Below are positions 1-13,576 of a stretch of 64,000 bases of DNA, piece after piece (position 1 is the first letter of the stretch; every line of letters begins with the position of its first letter). The notes below the pieces were generated by a model. That model saw only the letters and a list, made by a program, of their open reading frames with translations, had not been told where the DNA came from and did no database searches. The position numbers were made by a program, and so were the translations under genes. The DNA is from Vicugna vicugna (lineage: Eukaryota): positions 11,926,184-11,990,183 of the forward strand of contig MU058844.1 in NCBI GenBank assembly GCA_013265495.1. The letters run 5' to 3'.

Positions 1-3000
1 AACCAAAAGAGATAGAATGACTAAATGGATTTTAAAAATCCAATTATTTGCTGTCTACAAGAGACCCACCTTAGATTTAGACATACATAGGCTAAAAGTG
101 AAAGGATTGAAAAAACATAATCTATGCAAATGGGAACCAAAAGAGAGCAGGGGTATCCAACTTCTGTAAGGCATAATAGACTTTAAATTGTAAAAAATGT
201 CACAAAACAAAGAAGAACATTATAAAATAATAGGAGTCAATTCATAAGGAAGATTTAACAATAACAAATGCATATGAACCCAACATCAAAGCACCCATAT
301 ATATGAAGTAAACAGAGAGAGACTGAAGGGAGAAATAGACAGGCACACAATAATAATAGAATATTACAATACCCCACTTTGAATAATAAATAGAACATCC
401 AAACAGAAGATCAAGAAGGAAATGGAGAAGTTGAACAACACTATACAAACAAATGAATCTCACAGGCATATATAGAATATTCCATCCAACAGCAGCAGAA
501 TATGAATTTTTCTCAAGCACATATGAAACATTCTTCAGGATAGATCACATGCTAGGTCACAAAATAAGTCTTACAGATTTAAGATTAAATCTTTTCTTAT
601 TACAATGGAATGAAATGAGAAATCAATTACAAAAGGAAAAGTGGAAAATTAACAGATTTGTAGAAATTAAACAGTGCATTCTTGAAAAGCAAATGAATCA
701 AAAAAGAAATCAAAAGTTAGAAAATATCTTGAAATATAGGAAAACACAATGAAAACACCAAATATCAAAACATGGGATGCAGCAAAAAAAACTCACAAAT
801 TGGATAGTATAGAGTGATAAATGCCTATATTTAAGAAGAGAGATCTCAAGTAAAAAACCTAATTTTATACCTAAAGGACCTAGAAAAAGAAGAAAATGCT
901 TAGCCCAAAGTTAGCAGAAGAAAGAAAATAATATTAGAGCATAAAATAAACAAACCACAGAATAGAAAACCAACAAAACTAGAAGTTGACTTTCTGAAAA
1001 GTTCAATAAAATTAACAAATCTTTACTTTGACTAACTGGACAAAAAGGGAGGACACAATTAAATAAAATCATAAATGACCAAGGAGATATTATAACCAAT
1101 GCCAAAAAAATATAAAAATATTATAAAAATTCTATGAACAATTATCTGCAAAAAAAAATTGAATAATCTAAAATAAATGGAAACTGAACAGACCTATAAT
1201 TAGTAAGAAGATTAAGTCAGTAATCAAAAACGTCTTATCAAAGAAAAAACCAGGACCAAAGGGCTTCACTGGTCAATTTTACCAAACATTTAAAAAATAA
1301 TTAATATCTATTCTCAAACTCTTCCAAAAAAATTAAATAGCAAGGAACACTTCCAAGTTAATTTTATGAGGACAGAATCACACTGATATCAAAGCAAAAC
1401 AAAGACACTACAAGATAAACAACAACTACTACAGGCCAATATTCTTGATAAATATACATGCAAAAATCCTCAAAAAAAATACTAGCAAACCAAATTCAAC
1501 AGCACATTAAAACCATGATGAAGTGGGAGTTATCCCTGGGAGGCAAAGATAGGTCAATATATGAAAATCAATCTATGCAATATACTATATTAACAGACAA
1601 ATGATAAAAATTACATGATCATCTCAATAGATGCAGGAGAAACTGCTTGACAAAATTCTACACCTTTTCATGATAAAAACACTCAACAAATTAGGACTAA
1701 AAAGAAATTGCTTCAACATTATAAAGGCCATATATGAAAGCCCACAGCTAATATACTCAATGATGAAGAGCTGAGAGATTTTCCTCTAAGATCAAGAAAA
1801 AGGCAAGAATGCCCACTCTCACCACTTCTATTCAACACAGTACTGGAAGTCCCAGGCAGAGCAATTAGACAAGAAAAAGAAGTAAACGGCATCCAAATTG
1901 GAAACAAGAAGTCAAATTACCTGTTTGCAAATGACATGATCTTAAATGTCAAAAACCATAAAGATTCCACATACACATATAAACTTTTATAGTTAGAAAA
2001 CAAATTCAGTAAGATGTATGACAGTCAACATACAGTAATCAGCTGCACATTTGTATCCTGACAACAAATATTCTGAGAATAAAATTTTTTAAAACATCTC
2101 ATTTCAGTAGCACCAAAAATAATAAAATGCTTAGGAAAAGGTTACAGAGAAGAATAAAATACTTGTAAATAAACTTAACCAGGGAGGCAAAATAATATAC
2201 ACTTTGAAATACAAAACACTGATGAAAGAAATTAATGATGGCACAAATAAATGGAAAGACATTTCAAGTTCATGTATTAGAAGACTTGCTATTCTTAAAA
2301 ATTCCATATACTCAAAGTGATCTACAGAGTCAAAGCAATCCCTATCAAAATCCCAATGGCATTTTTTTGCAGAAATATGAAAAAAATCTAAAATTAATAT
2401 GGAAGCACCCAGGACCCTGAGTAGTTAAAACATTCTTGAAACAGAAGAACAAAACTGGAGGCAACACACTTTCTGACATTAAAACTTACCACAAAGCTAC
2501 AGTAATCAATAGAGTGTAATACTGGCATATAAACCAACGTAACAGAATAGAAAGCCCAGAAATATACCCATGTATATTTGGTCAAATGACCTTTGACTAG
2601 GGAGCCAAGACTACATCCTTGTGAGGAAAGGAGTCTCTTCAACAAATGGTGATGGGAAAACCAGATATTCATATGCAAGAGAATCAAAGTGGACCCTTAT
2701 TTTTATACCATATTCAAAAATCAACTCAAAATAAATTCATGACTTAAGTGTAAGGCTATAAAACTCATAGAAGAAAATATAAAAGAAAAGCTTTATAAGA
2801 TTAGTCTGAATGTAACATTACAATGGTGTATTGGCTAGATACAAAAAGCACAAGCAACTAAAACAAAAATAGACAAGTGGGGCTATGTTAAACTGAAAAG
2901 CTTCTGCACAGCAAACAATTAACATAGTATATTAAAAATATATTGGATGAGAGAAAATATTTATAAATCATATATCTGCTAGGGGCTTTAATATCCAAAA

Positions 3001-3890
3001 TACGTAAGGAATACCTACAACTCAATAGCAAAAAACAAAAAAAACCCATTAAAAAATGGGCAAAGAACTTGAGGAGCTATTGTTCCAAAGACATACAAAT
3101 GGCCAACATGTGTATGAAAAAATGTTCAACATCACTATTCATCAGGAAAATACAAATCTAAATCACAATGTGGTATCACTTTATATGTTAGGATGGTGAT
3201 TGATGTGGACAGAGGGACAGAAAATAACTAATGTTCATGAGGATATGGAGAATGGGAATCTTTGTACACTGTTTGTGGTAATACAAAATGGTACAACCAG
3301 TGTGGAAATCAACATGGAGTTTTTTAAACAATTAAAAATAGAACTACCATATGACCCAGAAATCCCACATCTGTGTATTTATTTTTAAAGAAAACTGAAA
3401 ACAGCTCTCAAAGACATATTTGCAATCCCATGTTCATTACAGTATTATTCACAAAAGCAAAAGGTAGAAACAATCTAAATGTTCATGATGGATGAAATGA
3501 TAAAGACAACGTTATGTATACAAATAATGGAGTATTACTCAGCTTTAAAAAGGAAGATCTTGTCATATGCCACACCATGTATGAACCTTGAGAATAATAT
3601 GCAAAAAAATGAAATAAACCAGTCACAGAAGGACAAATGTGTGAATCCCCTTACACGAGGTATCTAATGTAGCCAAATTCATAGAAGCAGAAAATAGGAT
3701 GGTGATAGACAAAGGCAGTGGGGAGGGAAATAGGGAGTTGCTGTTCAATGGGTGTGGAGTTTCATTCAAGATGAGCAAGTTCCAGAGGTCTACTGTACAA
3801 CAATATGCATATAGTTAATACTGTACTGCACACTTAAAAATTTAAGAGTAGATTTGGTGTCGTGTTTTAACTACAGTAAAAAAAAAAAAA
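1..3890 (+). mobile_element. Decayed LINE-1 (ORF2 plus 3' UTR and poly-A), old L1MA/L1MB-type; extends beyond the left edge of the window
   Basis: Endonuclease motifs ICCLQETHL (~46-72) and RIDHMLGHK (~538). RT motifs [12 protein letters not shown] (~1801) and LFANDMI (degenerate FADD, ~1921). C-terminal IELPYDPEIP. Typical L1M 3' UTR ending in an A-run at 3878-3891. Many stops and frameshifts. Confidence 0.97.
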
Positions 3891-4164
3891 GAAGCATGAA
3901 CCGGAGATGCCCAATAATTCCCTACATGCACACATATGAACACACTCATGTACATATGTTTAACTTTCAGCAAGCTGCAAAACATAGTTGCTTTATTCTT
4001 TTTACTACAGTGTTCTCTTACAATAAACATCACAGGCAGCTTCCTAAAAACTTTATTCTGCAGGATTGCTGCTGTCAGTGTAAGATGTCTAATTTGCTTC
4101 CCAGATGGAGTTTGCTTTGTGCATATCTCATTTAATATTCATCAAAAGCTGGTGTGGTGAAAAT

Positions 4165-4285
4165 TGTATACCCCTTTTTTCAAGATAAGAAAATTGAGGC
4201 ATAGAAATGTTAAGAAGAGGGAATAAAAAGTATAGTTTAGATTGAAATTAGATACGTACAACTCTAGTCTAGGATTCTAGCCACG
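4165..4285 (-). mobile_element. MIR SINE fragment
   Basis: Core 'ttttcaagataagaaaattgaggcatagaaatgttaag' is the reverse complement of the MIR core. Confidence 0.6.
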
Positions 4286-4896
4286 ATTGTAGTCCAAGAG
4301 AAAAACTGAGAATGTCAAATTATTCATAGGTAACTTGATTTGTTATTATATGACCTTGAACTTATATATGAGAAATGATTTCAGCTGCTTAGATAAGGTG
4401 CTAATAAATTTCTGCCATGACTGAAAAACGTGCAGGAAAACTAAAGGTCATAATTTCCGCTATTCCTGTAAACCAATGAGTGCATGGTAAATTGGACAAA
4501 TGCAACTTCCCAAATGTGTAAAGAAAAGAAAGTCTCATTATTTCCTTTTGAGAAATGCAGTTAGATTCCTTGAATTGCAAAAATTTTATAAAAACAAATA
4601 TTATAATATTTAACTTAAATTCTTATTTTAAAAAATACTGATGATCTCAAACTTTATATAGATTAGAAAGAAACTTGAAAAATGAGACTAAATTTTAAGA
4701 ACTTGACAAATTCTAAAAGGTTCAAAGCTATAGTTATAGGTTTTGTACATTGTACTGTATAACTTGTAAATATATTATTCTTGTAAAGTATGATGATTTT
4801 CTTTTTGCCTCTAAATCTTGACTCAGCTCTGAAATTTGCACTGTAGCTATGAAGTAGTACCTATAAACGTACCTAAGGTACAATTTTATAAAGACT

Positions 4897-5219
4897 TCAT
4901 GCTCTCATGATGTAAATAAATGGCGTACTACAACAGTGATTGAAGACTACTCTAAGTTTTTCATCATTCAGCAAAATGGCACACTATGTAGAAAAAAATA
5001 TACAAGAAGTAAAAAATGGCTGAGTCAGCAAAGCTTTACTACTCAGCCCATATGTGCCTACTTAGTTAATGAGACACTCTGTATATAGTAACAAAACACA
5101 TTGAAAAGAAGACTTTACTTCAAAACTTACCAGAGGTTTAACATATCTAACACTAGTGTCCTCAGTAATGGCAGAGTTCATTTCACTGATAACATCTATA
5201 TCATAGTAATTTAATAACC
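4897..5219 (-). other. Candidate pair of exons (5131-5219 and 4897-4983), unknown product
   Basis: CTG|gtaagt donor at 5130. Long polypyrimidine acceptor ...ttttttctacatag at 4984. The phase-0 join is open for 57 codons to TGA. No homology recognised. Confidence 0.25.
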
Positions 5220-5564
5220 CTAATTCTTTGGGGTAAAAATTATTTTTTATCAGCCACAAGTTTGAAAACAGTATTTTAATAATCTATATACACACATATA
5301 CACACAACTGTGTATTTTTATATCCAAAAATATTTGTTTTGGACATTTTTAAAAACATTGGGCTTTCACATTCGAAAAGCAATAAAAATAGATGTAAATA
5401 TAATACAAAATGGATATATAACCAAAGTTTCAAAGTTTATTTTATATGGAAATATGTACTTTTTTATTTAAGATTTGATTCCACTATGTACCAACTATAT
5501 TTTAATGCATGTTAGCTCGCTGAAAAGGTCATTTTCAATGGTATGATAAAGAAGAAACATTTTC

Positions 5565-5755
5565 AGCATGGGGATTAGTTAATAGTATGATACTGCACAT
5601 TTGAAAGCTGCTAAGAGTAAATCTTAAAAGTTCTCATCACAAAAAATTTAACTAGATTTACTGTGGTGACCAGTTCACAATATATACACATACTGAACCA
5701 CTAAGTTGTACATCTGAAATTAATACAATGTTATATGTCAATTATACCTCAAAAA
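5565..5755 (+). mobile_element. L1 3' end fragment (L1MA9-like)
   Basis: 'gctgctaagagtaaatcttaaaagttctcatcacaaaa...tacaatgttatatgtcaattatacctcaaaaa' matches an L1MA-type terminal UTR. Confidence 0.85.
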
Positions 5756-6658
5756 GTTATAATTTATACAAACTTAATTGTCAAATCATACTTCTTATGA
5801 AATATCCCCCTTTGTCCTATGAATTTAATACAATTGCTAGATTACCAAAAGAATTCTACTGATAGACAGGATTACAACTAATGTCTTATAGTTCTTGCTG
5901 CTATAATTTCAAAGGGAAAGCCAAATCACTATCAAGTGTGACCTGCCATTTATCTATACTTAAATGGCACCTAATATTGTAATATTAATCTAAATTAAAT
6001 TCTTGTGGATTAAACAAATTATGAAAAATATCATATTTTTAAGCAAAGATACCTTGCAAATTTCTGAAAAATCTGTACATTACATATACATAAATATAAG
6101 TATATATATTTAACTCTTTATGGCAAGTAGAACATTTAATAACATATATAGAAACTTACTTTCTGCAGTCTATTTAAAATGGTAAAGATTCCCAAATTGT
6201 AAGGGATATTTACAAAAGAATGTCTTTGCAAATTTCCTTCCAGATGGCACATAATGAGATTTGAAAGCAAAATTTTTAAATCCAAAATAAAAAATTGAAT
6301 TCATAGATGTTTAAAAGATTTATTATAAACAAAACTATAGATAAATGCTATTGAATCTAATATATTTAAAATTTTTAATGCCTAATGGGCCGACATCTTT
6401 TACTAGGTCCTATTAAAGAAGTCCCTAAAGAAACCAATGTTCTAAGGTGGTGGTCTTATTCAAATACAGATCTGAATAAGGAGCAATAAAATAAGAATGG
6501 AATCTCCTGACAGGTGGGGCAAGGCCTTCAATTCTAAAAAGATCTGACAGGCTGTATGACACAAAGCTGAATAAGGTAAAGAAGATCAGGAACTAGGTCT
6601 ATTCATCAGGGATTGTGCACAAGGCTCATTACAGTTAAGCAAGTAGCTACCAAATTGG

Positions 6659-6688
6659 AAAACAAACAAACAAACAAACAAACCAAAA
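6659..6688. repeat. (CAAA)n simple repeat
   Basis: aaaacaaacaaacaaacaaacaaaccaaaa. Confidence 0.85.
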
Positions 6689-7090
6689 GCAAAATAACAG
6701 CTTCAACTGCTGAATTTCCTAGGGTAAATCTGAGTAGAGGGTTGAGTTGCATTGGATTTTCTTTTCTACTCATTCATGTGGTATTATTTTTGATACTTCT
6801 TCATTGCTTCATTTCTCAAACTTCTGAGTGATAGAGATTTAACATCTCTATGCCTTATATCCTCAATCTCTGAGCAAGATTTTGAGAAGCAGAGCCTGGA
6901 ACATCAATTTCTTTGGAATTTCTCCAAAAGCCAGTCACAAGCCATGCATGATACATATAACAAACTATATTCCCAAAAGAAAACTGAGAAAATATATCTT
7001 TCTTATCTCCATAAAATTGTAGGATTTTAACCACGCAGAAAAAGATGAAGTATTTCCTCAGTGTAAAAAATGTTACATTATAAAAATACA

Positions 7091-7296
7091 TAATAATAAT
7101 AGTAATAATAATAGCAAGTACTGTTTATTGGGCATTTAATTTTGCTGGGAAATATTATCATCCCCATTTTAGAAATGATGAAAATGAATCTAAATGATTA
7201 ATTTCTTAGCCCACAACATCCACTGAACTGGTAAATATTAGAGCTACAATTCAGATCCAGATCTTCTGACTATAAAGCCTATGCCCTTAGCCACCA
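7091..7296 (-). mobile_element. MIR SINE
   Basis: Tail 'aataatagc...tttattgggcattta', core 'tcatccccattttagaaatgatgaaaatga', head 'attcagatccagatcttctgactataaagcc'. Confidence 0.85.
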
Positions 7297-10200
7297 CAAG
7301 ATATAATATACATTTGTTTTATTTCAATTTCTGGCTTAGACATTTCCATAATTAATCTTAGATTGGAGAGAGATAAAAAGTAAGGATGCAATGGGGGAAA
7401 TAAAGTCATCAAAAGGTCATGCAGAAAAGATCTAAGGAAGATCATAAAAGGAAACTTTAAAACATGATAAAGAGTATAAAACAGAGTAAGCAGGGGCGAT
7501 TCCACTCGGCATTTCATGAGCTTCATGTATTCTACATATGTTATTCAACACCATTTCTACTCCTGGGTTCACTGACTTTCAGTTAAATGTATACTTAAGA
7601 ATGGATATATTATTAATACCACACTTTGGGAAATATTTCACAATGCAAAAACTGTTCACTCTGTTAAATTAAAACAGTATCTAAAACTGAATACCCATTG
7701 TAAACCAAAGTTTAAAAGTGTATCCCTAAAGGAATAGATAGATACAGGTATACAGCATGGATCATTTCTGAACACATCATCTTGTTGTCAGGGAAGATAT
7801 ATTATTTTTATAATTGGATAGAAAAACAAATGATTAAAAAATCAAACCAATGCATACACACATCAGCCTTGCTCTTTAACACAGTTGCTTGTTGTTTTCT
7901 TTCAGCTAATGCATATGGGAGCATACAGAGCACAGGACGGTGCTTAAGTCAACTGTAATTAACTGAAAAGGCCGTTTCTTGGTCTTAGTGCTGCCTCAGT
8001 GGAGGAGCACTGGTCCTCACCTAGCTCCCATGGTGACCTGACACCAGAGGGTGGTAGGACAGACGACGTCTGAAACTAAAGGAACCCGGGGCCACAGCCA
8101 CAAGTGGCCATGAGCTCTGGAAAAACCATCACAGAAACAGTCACATAGGACTGAGTCATATGCACACTTTGTTAAAAAAAAATATAAAAACAAAAACAAA
8201 CAAACAAACAAAACAAGCTATTACCTCTGGAACATGATTTATGAAATTTAACCATATGTAATCGTGTTAAGTGATTTCTATCACCTTGCTTGCCTGTTTA
8301 TCAATACGACTATTTGCAGTATGAGTTTGTTTTATTTCTATGCAAACTCTAATACACAGAATTCTGAGGCAATGGATACTATCCTGGACAGATGTGAATG
8401 TTCAGCATTTTATATGGGTTAAAATAAGCCCCATTTGAAATGTCTGTAGTTGGAGACTTATTACAACCATCAGTTAAGAATCCAATAGGCAAAACTAAAG
8501 TTGTAAAGCACCTTTGGGTCACTGTAAACATACTATGGCTGGGACGTCAGATTAATATTTATCTTATTAAAATCTCAATTCTTATTAGAAGTGGCCTTTC
8601 ATTGGGAACCCTTTTTTGGACCCCAACATTTGTTGGCCTTGAAATTATCAGACTGTCATCTTCCTGTTTCCAAAGCTTTGATGTAAAGATAGAGTTTTCA
8701 ATAAATTTCATTTTAGGGGGAGCTTGTGTACATTTAAACTGGGCTTTCTGGAAACAATGAGCATTCTTACAAGCAGAATAAATTCACAAGGGAAAAACAT
8801 TGTATCATAAACATAGACTGATGTCCTTCTACTTAAACTGCAGTATCTTTCATTGGTCCAGTATTATTTTTCTCTTGAATTCACCTTAGTCTCTGTTGCT
8901 TATTTGCACACAAAAAATGTATCTCTAATCTCCCTGAAAAGGAGACTGTGGCTTAAGGGGTGTACCGAAGTTAGACATGATAAAATGCAATAATAGAAAA
9001 TAATACAAGACAGCTAAAGCCAATGTTTTCTTTTAACATGCTCAAGTTACAGGTGATTTAAAGGACCCGGGGGTTGAAGGACAGATGCAGACAGCTTTAA
9101 TTCAAAAGAACTAAAAGCGTTTTAATGGAGTTGTGGGTTTTGAAAAATAAAAAAAAAGACACACAGAGAGAGAGAAGGCAGAATGAGTTCATCGGAAATA
9201 GCTCTAAAAAGAGCCCACCATGAGAAGGATAAAGCCAAATACAGGAGGCAATGAATAAAAAACAGGAAGATCAAGCTGAAGGGGAGAGAACCTCAGCTCT
9301 ATTTGTTGGCATAAGGGCTGAGTAGCAGTAAACTAATCAGAAAATTTCCTGAGAGCTGATTTAGTGACCACTTAGTGGCTACTGGGATAGCAGCTTTTAT
9401 TGCAAGCCCCAAGAGGATACCTGAGACTGGAAATGAAGGCATGTCTGCCCAAAACCTAGAGCTGGAAAAAGAGCTTAGTTCAGGACTACTGTTGAAGATG
9501 AGAGCCTAGAACTAATAAAAAGGGAATGATAGTAGCATCCCCAAGCAGGCTGTTAAACGTTGCATTCCTGCCTCTGAGTGTAGCCAAGTAACTACATCTG
9601 ATTTACTGCAAGCAAATACAGCTTTTACTCTGCAATTTCCTCCTTTTGTGAGAAGACATGTTTGGGGACTTAAAGGACAGCACTGGACCCCCTGGGAGGG
9701 AAGAATAGAAGCAACAGACAGGCATCACGGGCTTGGAAGGACAGTGTTTTGGAAGGAAGCCGTGTTTTGGCTCCCAGGGGATGATGATAAAAAATTATCA
9801 TTCTATTCACAGCAATGAGGGTTCCAGCTACGAGCTTCCAGTCTGTGGACACCTCCCTTCCTCAGAGATCCCCTGTCTCACCGACACCCTCGCTAACCTC
9901 TTTCTGGCAGCTAAAGAAATAAGATGGAGAAGACACCAGGAATGCCTGCCCTTCAGCTACACTTAACACAACACTCCATGCCACAGCCAGAAAAAGATCA
10001 GATCCTATTTGTAATTTCCTCTGGTTTGTAAGCTATAATTTGAAGATCAGTTCCAAGTTCTTGCCCCTTCTCTCAGATTTTAAAAGAAAAGAAATGAGGA
10101 AACAAAATTAGCACAATACTCTTCTAGCTTTCACTGATCCCTCTGTAGAACAGAAAAGAAGATCACAAAACTGGTAACAAAGAAAGACTGGGAATTTCCC

Positions 10201-10734
10201 ATAAAACTAATGATTCACAGGCAGCAAAAGGCAGGACAGAGGCCATAGGAAAAAAAATCTATATTTATATCTCTATCTATCTATACTATATAGATATATC
10301 TCCTTCTACTTCAATCCAGAAGCATGGGGTTAGAGCACATTAACAAGAGTGAAGACACATGAGACTCTGAAGCTCCCACTAGTAATTTTAATGAAAAGTC
10401 ACAGAAGGTCTGTAGATGACTGAGAGGTTCTAAGTGGGTTTGATGTTTCACAACATGCAAAGCATTCAAAGAATTTTGTTGTGTACCAAGTCAGTTCAGT
10501 CAGCAATTAGTTCCAAAATGTGCCATGTCTAGTTACTTCACTTCTCTGAGAAGTGCAAAGTGACATGGTATTTGAAGAGGGTTTTTATTCAGTTTGATGC
10601 TTTATAAGGTCATTAGTTTGACATGGAATTAAGAATTATCATGGTACAAAAGTTCTGACCAACAAAAACTGACTGACTAACTTAAACATTCTTAAAAATA
10701 ATTTTGTAAAAACTATGGTTAAAGGTAGCTGCCA

Positions 10735-10773
10735 GAAAAAAGAAAAAAGAAAGAAAGAAATAGAAAAGAAAAT
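10735..10773. repeat. (GAAA)n-rich polypurine tract
   Basis: gaaaaaagaaaaaagaaagaaagaaatagaaaagaaaa. Confidence 0.8.
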
Positions 10774-11119
10774 CTGACACAAAGAAATTTTGCCAATCAT
10801 ATTAGATTAGTTCACTTAACCCACTGCCAAGAGCTAGAACAACAAAAACACTCACACTGTTTCTAGAAATACAAGTAACGTGAAGTGTTATCTTTCTAAT
10901 ATGCTAGTGGAATTCTATGAAGATTCAGGAGAGTAGGAACAAAGAATGCAATTTCTTGTCTATGTGCATGTTAGAGATACTCTTCCAGGACATTGTTCTT
11001 GAAAAGTTACAGAATACCATCTCTGTTAATTTACTAATTACACTATGGTCATGCAATATATTTCTAAGCACTTGTAAGTTAATTTCTACTGGTACCTATG
11101 GGGAAAAGCAAGATATATC

Positions 11120-11235
11120 ACATTAATATCCATTTACCAGATGTAAAAACCAGTACAAAGAGGACAAGTAAGTTTCAACACCACAAAGAACATCAGCAGA
11201 TTCAAAGCTGAACTCAGTTTTTTCCACTTCTGCTT
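11120..11235 (-). mobile_element. MIR SINE fragment
   Basis: 'atatccatttaccagatgtaaaaaccagtacaaagaggacaagtaagtt' resembles the reverse MIR core. Confidence 0.6.
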
Positions 11236-11835
11236 TTCATTCATGAGTCTTGGGAAGCTACAGGGCATCCAAAATGTTAATTACTTGACAAGAGCTCCAA
11301 ACAGGAAACAGTTGCCCAGAATCAAGTCCAGGAAAACTCCCAAGTTTTAGATTCACAAAATAAATTTATGTTCAGATTTATTATTTTTGCTTCATAATTG
11401 AGAGAGTCTGTGCAAAAGCATTTTGTTTCTGAAGTGATTTTAAGTGTTCTGGAGAGAGCTAAATCTTTTAATGACTTGACATATATGAAATATATTAGGA
11501 TATTTATAAGAAAAAAGTGTACATCCTAATAAGAATAATCATCGACTGATTTTTTTTGTTAGGATCCATTAAATAACTACTGACTTTCAAAATGAAGCTA
11601 AGACGTATACTACTATGAAAAGTAATTTCTCTTAAAAATTGTAGTTGAGATTTGTCTCTGCTGATGCTCGTATTAGAACCATATTAGAAGAGCTCAAGAT
11701 TCCATGCTCTTCCAGGTTCGGGTCATATAACTAGGTCTTTGGGGATTGGTTCAGTCTTTAACATTGGCAAATTGAACAGAAACAAATTAAAAGATTGCTT
11801 GAAAATATATACGGAAGGAAAACATATGCCTTTTA

Positions 11836-11905
11836 ACTAAACAAACATTTATTGAGTGTTTACTGTATGCCAGGCACAATGCTAATTGCTGAAAATACAA
11901 AATCA
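11836..11905 (-). mobile_element. L2 3' tail fragment
   Basis: 'aacaaacatttattgagtgtttactgtatgccaggcacaatgcta' is the reverse complement of the L2/MIR terminal tail. Confidence 0.75.
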
Positions 11906-11959
11906 ATAATGAAAAGGCTGCAATTTAACAAGAAGGAAACAAATGCAGTGGGAAGTACT

Positions 11960-12108
11960 TGCCTATATTCAAAGGCCCTTTGCCAGACTATGACAATGGA
12001 CATGTTCCTGAACTTCTCAATACCTCAGTTTTTAAATTATCAAGTGGGGATTTATCTAATTCACCATTTATTGTGATTAAGCAGAAATTTCATAGATAAA
12101 GTACTTTT
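11960..12108 (+). mobile_element. MIR SINE fragment
   Basis: 'ggacatgttcctgaacttctcaatacctcagtttttaaattatcaagtgggga' MIR core. Confidence 0.7.
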
Positions 12109-13576
12109 TATACTTGAAGACACCATGTTGGATATGATCCCTTGCTCTACCTAGCAAGTATATTTATAGCCCCTAAAATACTTTATTTATACTCAAACTG
12201 TTCCTTTCCATTCCACTGCCTGTCTCTTAAAGGCACTGGATGTTTATAAAACATAATATCTTCCAGAGCAGACACATGGTAGGGAACCCAGTCATTATAA
12301 ATAAAAATGTTTTGAAACATAGAGAAAGAGAAAGTGAAAACTAGTCGGTAGTAAAAGAAAAAAGGTAGAAAAGCTGGTCCCTTGAAAAGCGAGTAGGGAT
12401 TTAGTAAATAGTAGAAAGCAGACAAAGCACACACAGACCTGCATACTATGAGAATGCAGAAAAGCACACTTTTTTAACCCCAGAAGTTCTCATCCTAAGT
12501 CTGTTTTATCTTTTGATTTCCAGTGTGGGAAGAGCGATCAGGGCCAGTGAAGGTAATCATCGTAACTCACCCCTTGGCAGGTATTCGAGTAGCACATTAA
12601 AAGCAGAGTTTCAGAGAAGTCTCAGTAATGGATGGAGGTTACAGATGAACAGGTTGAGTAGGTCCCTAATTTGAAGAAAGTCTTTTTATATGAAAATGAG
12701 AAAACAATCTCAAAGTCTTTGAACAACTGTTGAGAAATACACTATGCACTTCTAAGAAGTTTAATTTACTCATTAAAGTTATAATACTATTTTTTCACCA
12801 TTCATAATGGAGATCCGCGAATGTTATTTTAGTTCCCCAAAATGATTAACTGGGTTTTCTGGAGTAGTTTGCACAGTGATAAGTCTACCTGAAATTTCAT
12901 TAACTTTTTATTAAATCGTATCTCTTAGTTACACAAAAGGGTAATCTTCTTTGCTTTGAAGTATGAATCATAAAAGCTAGAGGTTGTTCAATAATAACTT
13001 TCTGTCTTTATAAAAGAATTATATTTTCTCAATTATAGATAATCAGGGGCTGTAGGAACACCCTCTACTCTAATAGCTTTGATGGGGAAAACACAATCAA
13101 AATGGACAAACACATCAAAGACTTATCCCAATTGAAGAAAATAAAATGATTGTGAAAATATACAACTTAAAATCAGAAATAAGATGGAAATTGTAAAATA
13201 TTTGAAAGCTCATATAAGATTCTGAAAAGAATATCAGCTGTAATCCAGCTATAAAAAATGTTTCACTATTAATAACTGATTGCTTTACACCTTCAGTCAA
13301 AACCAGGACACCAAGCTCCTTGATGGCATGAACTTGGGACTGTTCGTTATCAGCATTCAAAACAGTACCTATAATTTCAGAGGGGCCAAATCCATCCCTC
13401 AATTTAGGGGTGACAAGTTTAGACTGATGCTAACTAATGTACCCCATTTGGTTGGAGCTGCCAATAACCATATGCATCTTCTTTTTTCTCCCTCAATAAA
13501 CTGTGTCCAAGAATGGAAACATACAGAGGAAAGTAATGCTAAGAAATAGAGATGATATTTTAAAATATATTTTGGG

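Noticed and set aside
242..2687. Hydrophobic minus-strand ORFs (242-520, 911-1105, 1719-1907, 2394-2687)
   Set aside because: Antisense readings of A-rich L1 sequence routinely give F/L/I-rich pseudo-membrane peptides.
453..3667. ORFs at 453-752, 2235-2420, 3200-3388 and 3479-3667 as protein-coding genes
   Set aside because: They are frameshifted fragments of the decayed L1 ORF2, not host genes or an active element.
8021..8170. Minus-strand segment with TAG|gtgagg donor (ORF 8017-8211)
   Set aside because: The acceptor depends on a simple A/CAAA repeat and the peptide is unrecognisable. It looks like a pseudo-exon.
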